Shown here: piece after piece, positions 52,057 to 64,000 of the stretch
Layout: every line of letters starts with the position of its first letter
Numbering within the stretch: the first letter of the stretch is position 1
Source of the DNA: Felis catus
Taxonomy: Eukaryota
Assembly (NCBI RefSeq): GCF_018350175.1
Contig: NC_058368.1
Location: forward strand, 208,942,001 to 209,006,000
DNA: 64,000 nt
Direction of reading: 5' to 3'
Translations under genes and position numbers: made by a program
The notes under the pieces: model-generated
Database searches by the model: none
Told to the model about the DNA's origin: nothing
The model's input: the letters and a program-made list of their open reading frames with translations, nothing else

Positions 52057-52730
52057 AGGGGCACCTGGGTGGCTCAGTTGGTAGAGCTACTGATTTCGGC
52101 TTAGGTCATGATCTCACGGTTCGTGAGTTCGAGCCCCACGTCGGGCTCTGTGCTGACACCTCAGAGCCTGGAGCCTGCTTCCGATTCTGTGTCTCCGTCT
52201 CTCTCTGCCCCTCCCCTACTCATGCTCTGTCTGTCTCAGAAATAAATAAACACTAAAAAAAAAAAAAATTTAAGGGGCGCCTGGATGGCTCAGTTGGTTG
52301 AGTGTCCAGCTTTGGCTCAGTCATGATCTCACAGTTTGTGGGTTCGAGCCCTGCATCGGGCTTTGCACTGACAGCTCAAGAGCCTGGAGCCTGCTTCAGA
52401 TTCTGTGTCTCCCTCTCTCTCTGCCCCTCCCCTACTCATGCTCTGTGTCTCTGTCTCAGAAATAAATAAACATTAAAAAAAAAAAAATTTAAGGGGCGCC
52501 TGGATGGCTCAGTTGGTTGAGTGTCCAGCTTCGGCTTGGGTCATGATCTCACAGTTTGTGGGTTCGAGCCCTGCATCGGGCTCTGTGCTGACAGCTCAGA
52601 GCCTGGAGTCTGCTTCGAATTCTTTATCTCCCTTTCTCTCTGCTCCTCCCCCGCTCATGCTCTCTCTCTCTCCTTCAAAAATAAAGAAAAACATTAAAAA
52701 AATTTTAAAAATAAATTTAAAAATAAATTG
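52057..52730 (+). mobile_element. Three head-to-tail SINEC_Fc copies
   Basis: Heads at about 52057, 52274 and 52493; gagtaaata on both outer flanks. Confidence 0.93.
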
Positions 52731-53797
52731 AGTAAATAAATCAATGTTTTAATTTTTTTAATAAATCAGTGTTTTAAAATTAAGTAAACAACAGGATGGT
52801 GTAGCTAGATGGAAAAAATTATGAGAGTAGTCTGCAAACAAAGTTTGGGGAAAAGACTTAATTAGTGAAACTGGAATAGATTAGTACAGATGGGATTTCT
52901 GGGGGTAAACTATAGGAATCTCAAAGGTAGAGCCCTGGACAAACTAATTTTGGTAGCTTTTTACGACACCGGCAACCTAGTACATTCTAACCTCTGGTGA
53001 TTTCTGGTGGCATCCCAGATGTCTTTGAGGGTTTAGGCAAAACTCCTAAGGCAGGGAAAGCATTGATCGCATCCATCCTCCTCCTGTTCTAAATCTCGGC
53101 AGCTTCCCTTCCCCTCTCCCTCCCCATTCAAGTGACTTCTGTGTTCATGACGCCCTCTGGTCACTCAGTGCCCCATACCGTTTCTTCTTCATCAGTCAGA
53201 GCTTCTGTTTTTTAAATGCCGGTTTTAACTATGTTTTGAAAGGCTTGATATGAGCCTTGCCTACCTCACAAGGTCGTTGTAAAGATCAAGCTGTATTTGG
53301 GACATGCTTTAAAAGTGTTTTTGCAAACTCTGCATTCTAACTCATTAGTGGTTTATAAAATCAATTTAACAGATTATAATCAGTACTTTTAAAAAATGAA
53401 ATAAGTGAAATGAAAGATGCTGGAGTGCACTGTACATTGCAAGATAAGAAACTGTTATGGCAAACTTCTATTTCAGTTGTACGGGTGTGTGTACATATGT
53501 GTGGGTGTGTATCAGTCTGTGCAAAGATATATGAATAGCCAGTCACAACGAAAATGTAATTTACTGTGGGCAAAAAAAAAAAGTTTTATACGACATGTAA
53601 GTCCCTTCTGTGTTACATGATCAGATTCAGACAGCATAAGAATTGGATTTTGGAATAAAACAGGGTTATTACATGATGTACACAGCAACTGTTTCTGTAA
53701 CCACCTACCCCATGAGCATCAGTGGCTTCCACCCAGAGTAAAACTTTTACAGCAAAAAGTAAAGTTCTTTATCAGACAGCTGTGAGAATCATTCTTT

Positions 53798-54331
53798 TTT
53801 TTTAATTTTTATTTTTAATTAATTTATTTTTCACTTTACATCCAAGTTAGTTAGCATATAGTGCAACAATGATTTTAGGAGTAGATTCCTTAGTGCCCCT
53901 TACCCATTTAGCCCATCCCCCCTCCCACAACCCCTCCCGTAACCCTCTGTTTGTTCTCCATATTTAAGAGTCTCTTATGAGACTCTTAAAAACTGAGAAC
54001 AAACTGAGGGTTGATGGGGGGTGGGAGGGAGGGGAGGGTGGGTGATGGGTATTGAGGAGGGCACCTTTTGGGATGAGCACTGGGTGTTGTATGGAAACCA
54101 ATCTGACAATAAACTTCATATATTGAAAAAAAAAAAAGAGTCTCTTATGTTTTGTCCTCCTCCCTGTTTTTATATTACTTTTGCTTCCCTTCCCCTATGT
54201 TCATGTGTTTTATATCTTAAAGTCCTCATATGAGTGAAGTCATATGATATTTGCCTTTGTCTGACTGACTAATTTCACTTAGCATAATACCCTCTAGTTA
54301 CATCCACATAGTTGCAAATGGCAAGATTTCA
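53798..54331 (-). mobile_element. Carnivore L1 3' end hosting a nested L1
   Basis: Reverse complement closely resembles 30800-31140; TSD gagaatc(a/g)ttcttt at 53784-53797 and 54332-54345. Confidence 0.92.
53980..54135 (+). mobile_element. 156-bp felid L1 3' tip nested antiparallel in the older L1
   Basis: Near-identical to 47843-47998; TSD aagagtctcttatg at 53966-53979 and 54136-54149. Confidence 0.93.
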
Positions 54332-55365
54332 GAGAATCGTTCTTTATATAACTAACCATAAATAAATTGGGGCAATAACTTTAAAAATACTTCTGAATTC
54401 ATATTTGATCCTTGCATTATTTTGTAGAAGACAGCTAATAAAAGACACAAAAACTCTGATAAGAAACAAAACTCATAAATACTTTAAATATTCTGAATTG
54501 TTGAGGTTTAACAGAATTTTGAAATGCTCTATAATTTGAGTATCATATATGAAAATAAGTTTCTGAGTTTTATGAAATGTGGCAAATTATTAAGCCTTGT
54601 ATAATTAGTAGAAGAAGGAAATTAAAAAACAAACAAAACAAAACAAAACAAAAAACCGCACAGAACAGAGAGGTTTGCTGTAGCAGCAAGAGTTTCAGAG
54701 CTCAAATCATTGCTGGCTGCATCCCTTCTCCAGTTGCAATGAATCAAAGAGTAGGTTAAAAGAGAATGCACACAGCCCAGAGAACTCTTTCACATTTTTG
54801 GCTCAGACATTACTTTCTGTATATAAAACCCCTACTAGTGGCTCTATTGAGTGAACATTTAGCATTTACTATTTTGTTTATAATGATTAAAACAGTAATG
54901 TTTGGCCTCTTCAGCTTACAAAATAAATCAAAGCTGTCCTGAAGCTGAGAAACACAGCTCAGGAAATCTCTCTCCACAGAGGAGGCATCCCTTATATAGG
55001 CTTTCTAGAGACTCTAGTCCTCCTGCAGAGAGCCACCATTTTAAATGACATAATAGCCTACCTGGACAACTGCAAAGGACTTTACGCATGCTATAAAAGA
55101 TGCAAAAAATTCCTTTTTTTTTTTTTTCAAGAATTAGGGAGAATTTAATCCAAATTGCCAACCGATATACAACAATAACAAAGGTAAAACAAACTGTTCA
55201 AAATTAGCTAAAATAATATAAAATCAAAACAGATTTTCATGTAATCCAAATTCTCAACCCCAAGCAGCCTACTTACCATTAGAAACTCAGAAACCATGAA
55301 AATGAACAACCAAATGTGTTTTATTGAGTCGTTTCTCAAATTAAATTCTCTATTATTATACCAGT

Positions 55366-55752
55366 TGTTAAATAACAAAAATTCAACCAAGCAAACTTTA
55401 AAGCTCTAATTGGCTTTATTAATCAATGCACGAATTGGGCAGCATCCCATCAAGCAAGTAGAGGGGAGCTCGAAAGGGCTACAGAAAAGGTTGTAAAGGT
55501 AAAGAGGGAACAGAAAAAAAATTATTAGCAAACAATCCACTGTTTTAGGCAAGGTTGCCCTCCTAAGGGTAACAAGAGGGGTCTATCAGTAGTCTTCCTG
55601 GTGCTGACCAGAAAATTTCCTTGTTGACTGGTTTAAGGTTACATTCTCGGGGGCCTGAAACTAGAATTGGGTTAGGTATTAAGTCTGGGTTTACTGACTT
55701 GGAGCCTTAACCTAAGTGACACCGTTTTGGGCCTGTGGTTTTCTTTCTAACA
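55366..55752 (-). mobile_element. Solo LTR, probably ERV1 class
   Basis: TGTTA...TAACA ends, 4-bp TSD cagt/tagt, minus-strand AATAAA at 55415-55420. Confidence 0.65.
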
Positions 55753-55999
55753 TAGTACACAACTCTTTAAAAAGGCATAATTTAAAATACTGTGGGAAAA
55801 AAAAATTACCTTTACATTAAATTTTACCCATTTGTCAATCTAGCTTCAAAAAAATCTCCAAAATCCAAACATTACCTCTACCTACCACTACCACCCTGGT
55901 CCAGGAAATTATCTGGACCTCTGCAACATCCAGCCTCAAACAGTCCCCTCACTTCTACCTTTCTCCCCTTATGGTTATTCTCCATGCAAAATGGCCTGA

Positions 56000-56260
56000 G
56001 TGATTGCCAGAGGGGAGAGGGTGGAGGAGGGGTGGGTCAAACAGAAGGGTATAAAAGATATTAACAGGTACAAATTTCCAGTTATAAAATAAATAAGTCA
56101 CAGAGATAAAGAGTACAGCATAGGGAAGATAGTCAATAACATTGTTTGGTGACAGATGGTAACTACACCTATCGTGGTGAGCACTGAGTAATGTATAGGA
56201 CTGCTGTTACGCTGAGACTAGTGTAACACTGTATATGAATTATGCTTGAATTTTTAGAAA
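56000..56260 (+). mobile_element. L1MA9-like 3' UTR fragment
   Basis: 'aggtacaaatttccagttataaaataaataagtcac...tacagcataggg...ggtgacagatggtaactacac'. Confidence 0.8.
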
Positions 56261-57642
56261 GTAGCCAGAGTGATTCTTTTAAAAATACGTGGATCATGTC
56301 ATTCCCAAAATCCATCTAATGGCTTCCCATTACCCTAGAGGAGTATTCAAACACCTTCACATAGCTTGCAAGGCCCTTTTAACCTGACAGCCACCCACCC
56401 CAAACCTCTCCCCGACTCTTATTCACTCTTCCCTAGAAAGGAAGCTTGTGCATTAATCTGACCTGTGATCGTGGGAAAAATTAATTGACAATGCTTGGCT
56501 TGGCTCTTTGCTTTTCCTTCTTGGGTCCAAGCTGACCTTAAGGAGTAATTCTCCTCTGCTTTTCCATGCCCAGAGTCGTCCTGGGGCTAGCCTGGCTCAC
56601 TTCAGTGTGGATGAGACTGGGTGGGCAATTCTGTCCAATTCTAGGAGTTAGTCAGCGGACACTCCAGGCTGTTATCCTCCTCCATCCTCTATAACAAAGG
56701 TGGATTCTGGGCCTTCATCTGTCATGCTTTGGTGATCAGTCTTATTTCTTAATTTGTGTAAAACTCGTGTAGGGAAGAAGGGTGCTAATTATTAGGACTA
56801 CTAAAATACCCAATTCACCGTAATAAACACATGCAAGGCACACACACCTTCCATGTGAGTGCAGAAAAGAATCTAGAAATGTTCATCTCTGCGTGGAGTG
56901 GTTACAGGTAACTCATTTTCTTCATATGAGTTTCCATTGTGGGTATTTTTACAAATAACTATAGATTACTTTTATAATCAGGAAAAAAACAGCCAAATTA
57001 ACTTTCTTTGGGAACCATTAAATAGGGCAAAGCTTGGTATCAGGTTTTCTGAGGAAATCATGTGTTAGATAGACGTCTAATGAAATTGAAAAGAGTTACA
57101 AAATAACTGCCTCTAATCATGATTACCTGCCATGCCGATAAAAATGCCTTACTTTTTGACAGATATTTCATAATTATTTTCAGTTTACTATTCTGATTAA
57201 ATTCAAGTCACCAGATAGTGACAAAAACTACATTATTCTCTTGAATCTGTATAGCCCATCTGGTCTATTTGTTCAGAGTAATGAAAATGTAAGGTTATAC
57301 TAACTGCTTAGTTATAATATTTATATATTTGACCCCATAACAGCAGCTCTTATTCACATATTTTAAACTAGAGGTTTCTGGTTCCTGACCAATTTCCATT
57401 TTTTTCTGTCCTAATGATCAATATATATCCACAAATATTAATATTTGTTTTTACTCCTACCACGTTTAGGAGAAAATTCTAATTCTTCTAGTTTAAATTC
57501 TAGTTCTCTTAGAACTAGAACTCTCTTAGAACTCTTTAATTTTTCTTCCGGCTTTCCTGGGCAACTTTGATCAGTATATGATCATCTAAACCTAAGAATG
57601 TTTTCATACATTGTTTTCATCAGTTACATTTTCTTCTTTCTG

Positions 57643-58367
57643 ATGGACAAAGATGTACACACATACATACAATGGAATATCACTTGGCAATCAAAAAGAA
57701 TGAAATCTTGGGGTGCCTGTGTGGCTTAGTCGGTTAAGCTTCTGACTTCAGCTCAGATCATGATCTCACAGTTCATGAGTTCGTGCCCCATATTGGGCTA
57801 TGTGCTGACAGCTCAGGGCCTGGAGCCTACTTTGGATTCTGTGTCTCCCTCTCTCTCTCTCTCTGCCCCCCCCCCAACTCATGCTTTCTCTCTCTCTCGC
57901 TCGCTCTTGCTCTCAAAAATAAACATTTAAAAAAATTTTTTAAAAGAATGAAATCTTGCCATTTGCAACAACATGGATAGAACTAGAGTATATTATGCTA
58001 AGCAAAATAAGTCAGTTAGAGAAAGACAAATACCATATGATTTCACTTATATGTGGAATTTAAGAAACAAAACAGATGAACATAGGGGAAGGGAAGGAAA
58101 AATAAGATAAAATCAGAGAGGGAGGCAAACCATAAGAGACAATGCAATACAGAGAAAAGACTGAGGGTTGCTGGAAAGGAGGTGGGAGAGAGGACGGGCT
58201 AAATGGGTGACGGGCATTAATGAGGGCACTTGTTGGGATAAATACTGGGTGTTATATGCAAGTGATAAATCACTAAATTCTACTCCTTACACCAACACTA
58301 CACTGTGTGTTAACTAACTTGAATTAAAATTTTAAAAACAAAAAACAAAAAACAAAAACAAAACAAA
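57643..58367 (+). mobile_element. Carnivore L1 3' end containing a SINEC_Fc (57710-57941)
   Basis: L1 TSD tacattttcttc(t/c)ttctg; SINE TSD aaaagaatgaaatcttg; (CAAAA)n tail. Confidence 0.9.
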
Positions 58368-58574
58368 TACATTTTCTTCCTTCTGTATGTTAATGTCTAT
58401 TCATCAAGGCAGGGTATCAGTTTTGCCTTTTTCAGGATACTGCGCAAGATGTACGTTTCAAAATTAGAGTGTGAAAGCAAGGATGTTTAGAATAAAATTT
58501 ACATATCCAGGGTATACGTAAATTAAACCCTTGAAATTTAATTCAGCAAATATTTATCAAATCCCTACCACTGG

Positions 58575-58800
58575 TACAGGTTCTTGAATCAACTGCCTGG
58601 GATGAAATCTCAGTTCTGCCACTTACTAACTGTAATCTTGGTAGGCAACTTAATCTCTTTGTGTCTTGTTTCCTCGATTCTGCAAAGTGATGATAGTAAC
58701 AGTACTTATATCACAGGAATGCTATAAGGATTAAATGGAATATTACATGTAGAGGGTTGAAAATACCATCTACCCCACAGGAAGCACTCAGTAATTGCTA
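58575..58800 (+). mobile_element. MIR
   Basis: 'aatctcagttctgccacttactaactgtaatcttgg...aacttaatctctttgtgtct'. Confidence 0.75.
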
Positions 58801-60999
58801 TTAAAGTAATCATGGGGGGAGGGAGGAGAAACATAGCTCTGTGTGAAGATACTCCCCTTATCTCAGCTTTACCTGGAATAGTAGTCTAACAACCACCCCC
58901 CCTCCAAAAGTAATTCTTTAGCATTCTGTCGGGGTGAGGGGAAGAGAGGGAAGAACAGTGATCTGGTTGCACACGAGAGAGAAGGGAACCACAAGTTAAA
59001 TCAGTTTGTCTTTTATAGGCTTCTCCCACCACGGCTAAGGTTTCAGCTTTCTCTTGTTGGCTAAGTCAGTTACCATTCATGAATCTGTTTCCAGCTTCCA
59101 AAAGTGTCTTGAGTTCTCTTTTCTGCTGTCATCTCCCCCCTAATTCTTTTGGTCCGTGAGGGTTGATGCTTTTACAAATGCCTTTTCTGTCATTTTAGTG
59201 GGGTTTCAAGAGGGAGCAGCGCTGAATGTGTTTAATTTATCCTGGTTAACTGAAAGTCTTAAATTCAATTGCTCTGTTATTCCTGACCTCAAAAAACAAG
59301 GACAATAATCATTTCTTTTAAAAGAAAATCTTTTAACTTTTTTCAAAAGCCAGTTATTTTCTCATTTGAAAAATGTTGCTTCCAACAGTATATGACATTT
59401 TCCAAAAGCACTGTAAGTAAAACCTTTCAGCTTTCATTAAAATAATTGACAAATTAGAACTTAACTTCAGGGCCTGCAAGTAATTTTGCACAGTTTTGAT
59501 GGTTATTTGTGCTTTGAGTCTTTTGAAAAGTAAACTTTGAGAAATATGTATGTTTAAAACACTACAGGACAATCTGTATGTCACATGTTTTCTCTCGAGT
59601 GTTTATTTAAAAAGGTAATCATACTTCATATATCTACTCAGGCACGCTAACCAGTGGGTATATAACATTCTTATTAATTGATGGTGACTGTATTTTCATA
59701 CGTTGAATGACTGGCTGTAACAGGGATCTCTAGGGATCTAGAGACCTACATTCTCATCTTTTTAAGCCATACCTTCAGTCACCAAGGAGTTCGTTAAAAT
59801 CGTGACACCTTGACAGTCAGATAGCATCCTGAGATCTAACTTTACCATTCTACAAAAACGGTTGACTAGGAGCTAAAGAGAAAAAGGAAGAAGAAGACCA
59901 ATAGTTATTAAGAACCTGTTATGTCCAAGTCTTATTCTGGGTACTTTATATATATTACCTAATATAATCCTCAAAATAGTCTGACAAGGTACGGATCATG
60001 CTTTCATTTCATGAATAAGAAAAACGAGGTACAGAATCCTTAGGAAATTCAGGACTAGATAGAGAGAAAGACCCAAGTAATATATAATGTAATTCATGTC
60101 TCAGGTGTCATTTACAAAATGAGCTACAGAAGTATGCAGCAGACATTAAGTTGTCCACATCATTTTAGACTCCCGGTATTAGACCTAATGAAGACATAAA
60201 ACTCTGTATTTGAATTTCTAACAATGCTCTTTACATTTTTTTTTTCAGAGATACAGCATTTTTTCTCAAAGTAAGATATTAGAAACTTTTTCTAAATAAT
60301 TTGCTTTTTAAAAATTGTTTAAAAATACCGCTTTTCCCTCTATAATGTACTTTCCTCCCCCATATAGTCAATGTTTTGCTGCTTTAACTTGAACTGATAT
60401 TCGCTAAAAGCTGTGAATCACTGTTAAATGGCCAGTCTTTGTGGAAAGAAGGGAGAAGACACCTGGAGGAAGGCATGAACCTGGACTACAAGCACAGTGT
60501 TGGCCACTGGAAGTCATGTTTAACTCATGAAAGTTCTGATGACATCACTATGAAAAAAATAAATGACACTCAAAGAGTACAGAGAAATCCAAATCTCAAA
60601 AAGCTCTCCATACATTATCCCCAAGGTTGATAGCTAAAGTGGTATATCACAAAAATTAAAAAACAAGACTAAAAACAACTGTTTTGGCTGGAAGAGTCTC
60701 GAAGGGAAATCTTTGAATGAAATGAGTTACATTTGTAAGTGATAATAAATGATAAGTAACTATGTAATGAAATGTTTTTCCAAAGCAGTTATGTGACACT
60801 AAAATCACACAAGAAATGACAATTTTGTCATAAAACAAGATTGGAAATAAGGACAAAATACTATACACTAAAAATATTTCAAAGCATTATTCTTTTTAAA
60901 ATCTCCAAAATCTGCAATATCAACTCTATTTATGGAAGTCTGAGTTGTTCTAATGGTATAAATGAGAAAGATGAGGTAAACATTAAGAACTCCCCTTCA

Positions 61000-61212
61000 T
61001 AAGCATCTGGAGGACTCAGTCGGTTAGGCCTCCAACTCTTGTTTTCAGCTCAGGTCATGATCTTGCTGTCTCATGGGTTCGAGCCCTGCATTGGGCTCTG
61101 TGCTGGCAGCACAGAGCCTGCTTGGGATTCTCTCTCTCTCTCCCTCTCTCTGCCCCTCCCTTACTCACATTGCCTGTCTCAAAATAAATAAATAAATAAA
61201 TAAACAAAAAAA
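61000..61212 (+). mobile_element. CAN-SINE
   Basis: Diverged head, (CT)n, (AAAT)n tail. Confidence 0.88.
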
Positions 61213-63265
61213 ACCCTCTTCTTCATAAAATTCTTCCTTCACACCAATAGATTCTCTTAGTATACATACTTAGAGGTAATTCTGAAACTGAGAGTAACTA
61301 GTGCTTTTCTTTTCAGTGGTTATGACAGCTTCATAAGAATGTACAAAAAACAGGGAGATAAAAAAACCCTCCTTAAAAAAATTACTACAGAATGTAGTTA
61401 ACAAATAGTATGAGATTTTGGCCTGAACTAGTTTACATGAGATGTGAGAGAAGAGGGATCAAAGCCGCATTATGGAAATTAAATAGAAAATACCATGAAA
61501 AGCAAATTTTTAAATCTCAGAAATTACCTATGAATTAAAAGGCGCAGCATATAGGGTCCAATGGTGAGGAATGACTTCTGTGAGACTTCAAGCAACTTCG
61601 AGGTACCCAGGGACTCAAGTGCCAGCCCTCCCACAAAACACTCTGCTTATTCTGCTTTAGTTTCCTTGTGGTACTTAGCATTACCTGAAATTGGCTTGAA
61701 AAGATTCAAAACGTTTTGAGAAATGACAATCTCAAAAGAGACTTTCAATGTGACCGCTTTGACAAAGAAGAGCCCTTGTTAGGTTGTTTAGTAAAATAAC
61801 AGCATCATTACTCTGCAATCCCAACAGATCATAGTGGTTTCCTAAATTCCACACCTCCCAGAGGTCCTGACTAGGAGTACCTACCCTGACCCTCTTAGCT
61901 TTCCCTAACTCTTGCCTATTCTGGCCACTATCCAAGGAAGCATCTAGTTATAAATTATCTTAAAGATTATTCTCTTCTTTACAAACTACTTATAGGTTTA
62001 AATTTCTTTTGTCTCATTCTCAGTGAGGTGTATTTAGGTACTCCAAAATACCAGGTGAATGTTCTCGATCTAAACAGCTAGCTAGCTAGAGATACAGAGA
62101 TATGGAGAAAAGCACAAAAGGATACATGACAGATAATTTAAGAGCCTTATGGGGTAGAGATAGAAAAATGAGAGCAAAGAAGTTATTAATAAAAAAATAA
62201 TAAATTTTTTTGAAATGTGTTCATGTGTGTAAAATTATGATCCCATTTAAATAAAGAAATTAGAGCTATCTCTATTTGCTAACAAGGCTTGAATTTGCAA
62301 AAAGCAAATTAGAGCTACATCTATTCACTTACAAGGTTGCCCATGCAATGCTTACAAGTAAAAAAAGCAAAATGCAAATTCTCTCTCTATATAAAAACAA
62401 AATCTTTTAATGAATGCTTATACACACAAATAAAGGGAAAGATGAAAAAGGATATACATCAACCTGAGCTTAACATGGGTTATCTGATGGTGATTGGAGA
62501 TTTAAAGATGTGTAGTGCACTGGAGTTAAGCCACTACTAGTGACTTTGCTTCCTGTATTCTCTTTTATACCTGTTCTTTTCTGCACTGGGAGCTTCAGTT
62601 GTCCAGAAACTTCTCTCCCAATGTCATTACTAGTTCTTGCCTTAGCCTTCTCTGATCCACACCAACCATTCAGTAGGATGGCTGGGAGTGTGGGCACCAA
62701 TCAGCCACAGAGCTGGAGAAATGTCTCTGCAATATCTCTTAGGCTTGAGGCTTTCCTCAAGTAGTACATGGCCATTTTCCCAAAAGGCACAGCCCTAGAA
62801 TCTGGGCAGGGGTTGCAGGCCAAAGAAGATGTAAGAGGCAATAAGGTGGAGAGTAGGTCAGACTGATGCTGACAGTAACCTACTGGCAAACAAAACAACT
62901 TCAAATACTATTCCTTCCCATCACCTGTGTCTACAGAAGGCAAAAATAAATAAATATCATGGTCCCCATTTTCTGCCAAAGGCTTAGTTTATAAATAGTG
63001 ATTGCAATTAAGTAAATACAGCATGTTCTTTTAGTAAAGAGTCTAGCATATTGTAGATTCTTAATAGATATTAAAGAATAGCAATACTGCTTTGAGAAAA
63101 ATATGTCCAAAGAATTTGGTATGTGTTTTTGTATGAACAGAAGAAGTCATTAAATATTCATGAGACCATACAATGCTGGAATATTTTAAAAGTCAGAAAT
63201 TAAACTTGAAAAGTAATTTTTTAGTTAAAAAAAAAGAAATTGTACTTGAAAGCCATGCAGTTTTT

Positions 63266-63475
63266 AAATTTTTTTTTTAACGTTTATTTATTTTTGAGAC
63301 AGAGAGAAAGCATGAATGGGGGAGGGTCAGAGAGAGGGAGACACAGAATCCAAAACAGTCTCCAGACTCTGAGCTGTCAGCACAGAGCCTGACGCAGGGC
63401 TCGAACTCACGGACCGCGAGATCATTACCTGAGCCAAAGTCGGCCGCTTAACCGACTGAGCCACCCAGGCGCCCC
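63266..63475 (-). mobile_element. SINEC_Fc
   Basis: Perfect TSD agccatgcagttttt. Confidence 0.95.
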
Positions 63476-63506
63476 AGCCATGCAGTTTTTTAAAAAGCCA
63501 CCTATG

Positions 63507-63723
63507 GGGGCGCCTGGGTGGCGCAGTCGGTTAAGCGTCCGACTTTAGCCAGGTCACGATCTCGCGGTCCGTGAGTTCGAGCCCCGCGTCAGGCTCTGGG
63601 CTGATGGCTCGGAGCCTGGAGCCTGTTTCCGATTCTGTGTCTCCCTCTCTCTCTGCCCCTCCCCCGTTCATGCTCTGTCTCTCTCTGTCCCAAAAATAAA
63701 TAAACGTTGAAAAAAAAATATTT
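63507..63723 (+). mobile_element. Young SINEC_Fc
   Basis: Perfect TSD aaaaagccacctatg; CpGs intact. Confidence 0.95.
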
Positions 63724-64000
63724 AAAAAGCCACCTATGTTAATACAGACTATATATTTATACATCATTAAAGATATACCAAAGTTTACCTCAATATATTT
63801 CTCCCCTATCCTTTCTCTATCTCTCATTGTAGCTTCATATAAATAGAATAGCTTCTTTATGTGCTATTTTTAAATGTCTTCTTAGAAATAAATAGAAAAC
63901 CTTATTTCTTACCTTTCCGGAATACATTCATTCACCCATTCATTCAACAAATCATAATTGAAGATCTACTGTATACTAGGTATTGTTCTTTGCTCTGGGA

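Larger units (their letters stand above)
7895..64000 (-). other. WDR70: Very large WDR70 intron (3' part); upstream exon outside the window
   Basis: I found no sequence encoding the preceding WDR70 peptide (ending about IWDRNLT) by eye. The region is repeat-dominated. Confidence 0.75.

Noticed and set aside
29200..52731. Recurring 'MAQSVKRPTSAQVMIS...' ORFs that look like a peptide family
   Set aside because: They are translations of the SINEC_Fc consensus.
1..64000. CRISPR array, operon, numt or processed pseudogene
   Set aside because: No regularly spaced repeat-spacer array, gene-dense segment, mitochondrial-like or retrocopy sequence recognised by eye. Highly degraded copies could be missed.

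Overview
Mammalian genomic DNA from a cat-family (felid) genome, inferred from about 38 tRNA-derived CAN-SINE/SINEC_Fc elements and carnivore L1 3' ends. The window lies inside WDR70, transcribed on the minus strand. Three canonical GT-AG coding exons are present (7795-7894, 5038-5122, 3433-3571; 100+85+139 nt) and splice in frame into WD40 repeats. From memory these correspond to about human exons 11-13. Everything else appears intronic, including over 56 kb of one very large intron packed with SINEs, L1 fragments, MaLR/ERVL/ERV1 LTR elements, hAT MITEs, MIR/L2 and microsatellites. Nearly all ORF-track ORFs are chance or repeat-derived. I cannot support a new gene system. The best leads are: (i) an apparently non-repeat GC-rich island at about 22.2-22.5 kb, dense in inverted repeats and paired TF motifs (structured RNA or enhancer, possibly for neighbouring GDNF); (ii) a 324-nt frame-symmetric three-exon cassette flanked by inverted SINEs (circRNA candidate); (iii) mechanistically informative retrotransposition scars. 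Repeat subfamily names are from recall and boundaries are approximate unless target-site duplications (TSDs) are given.
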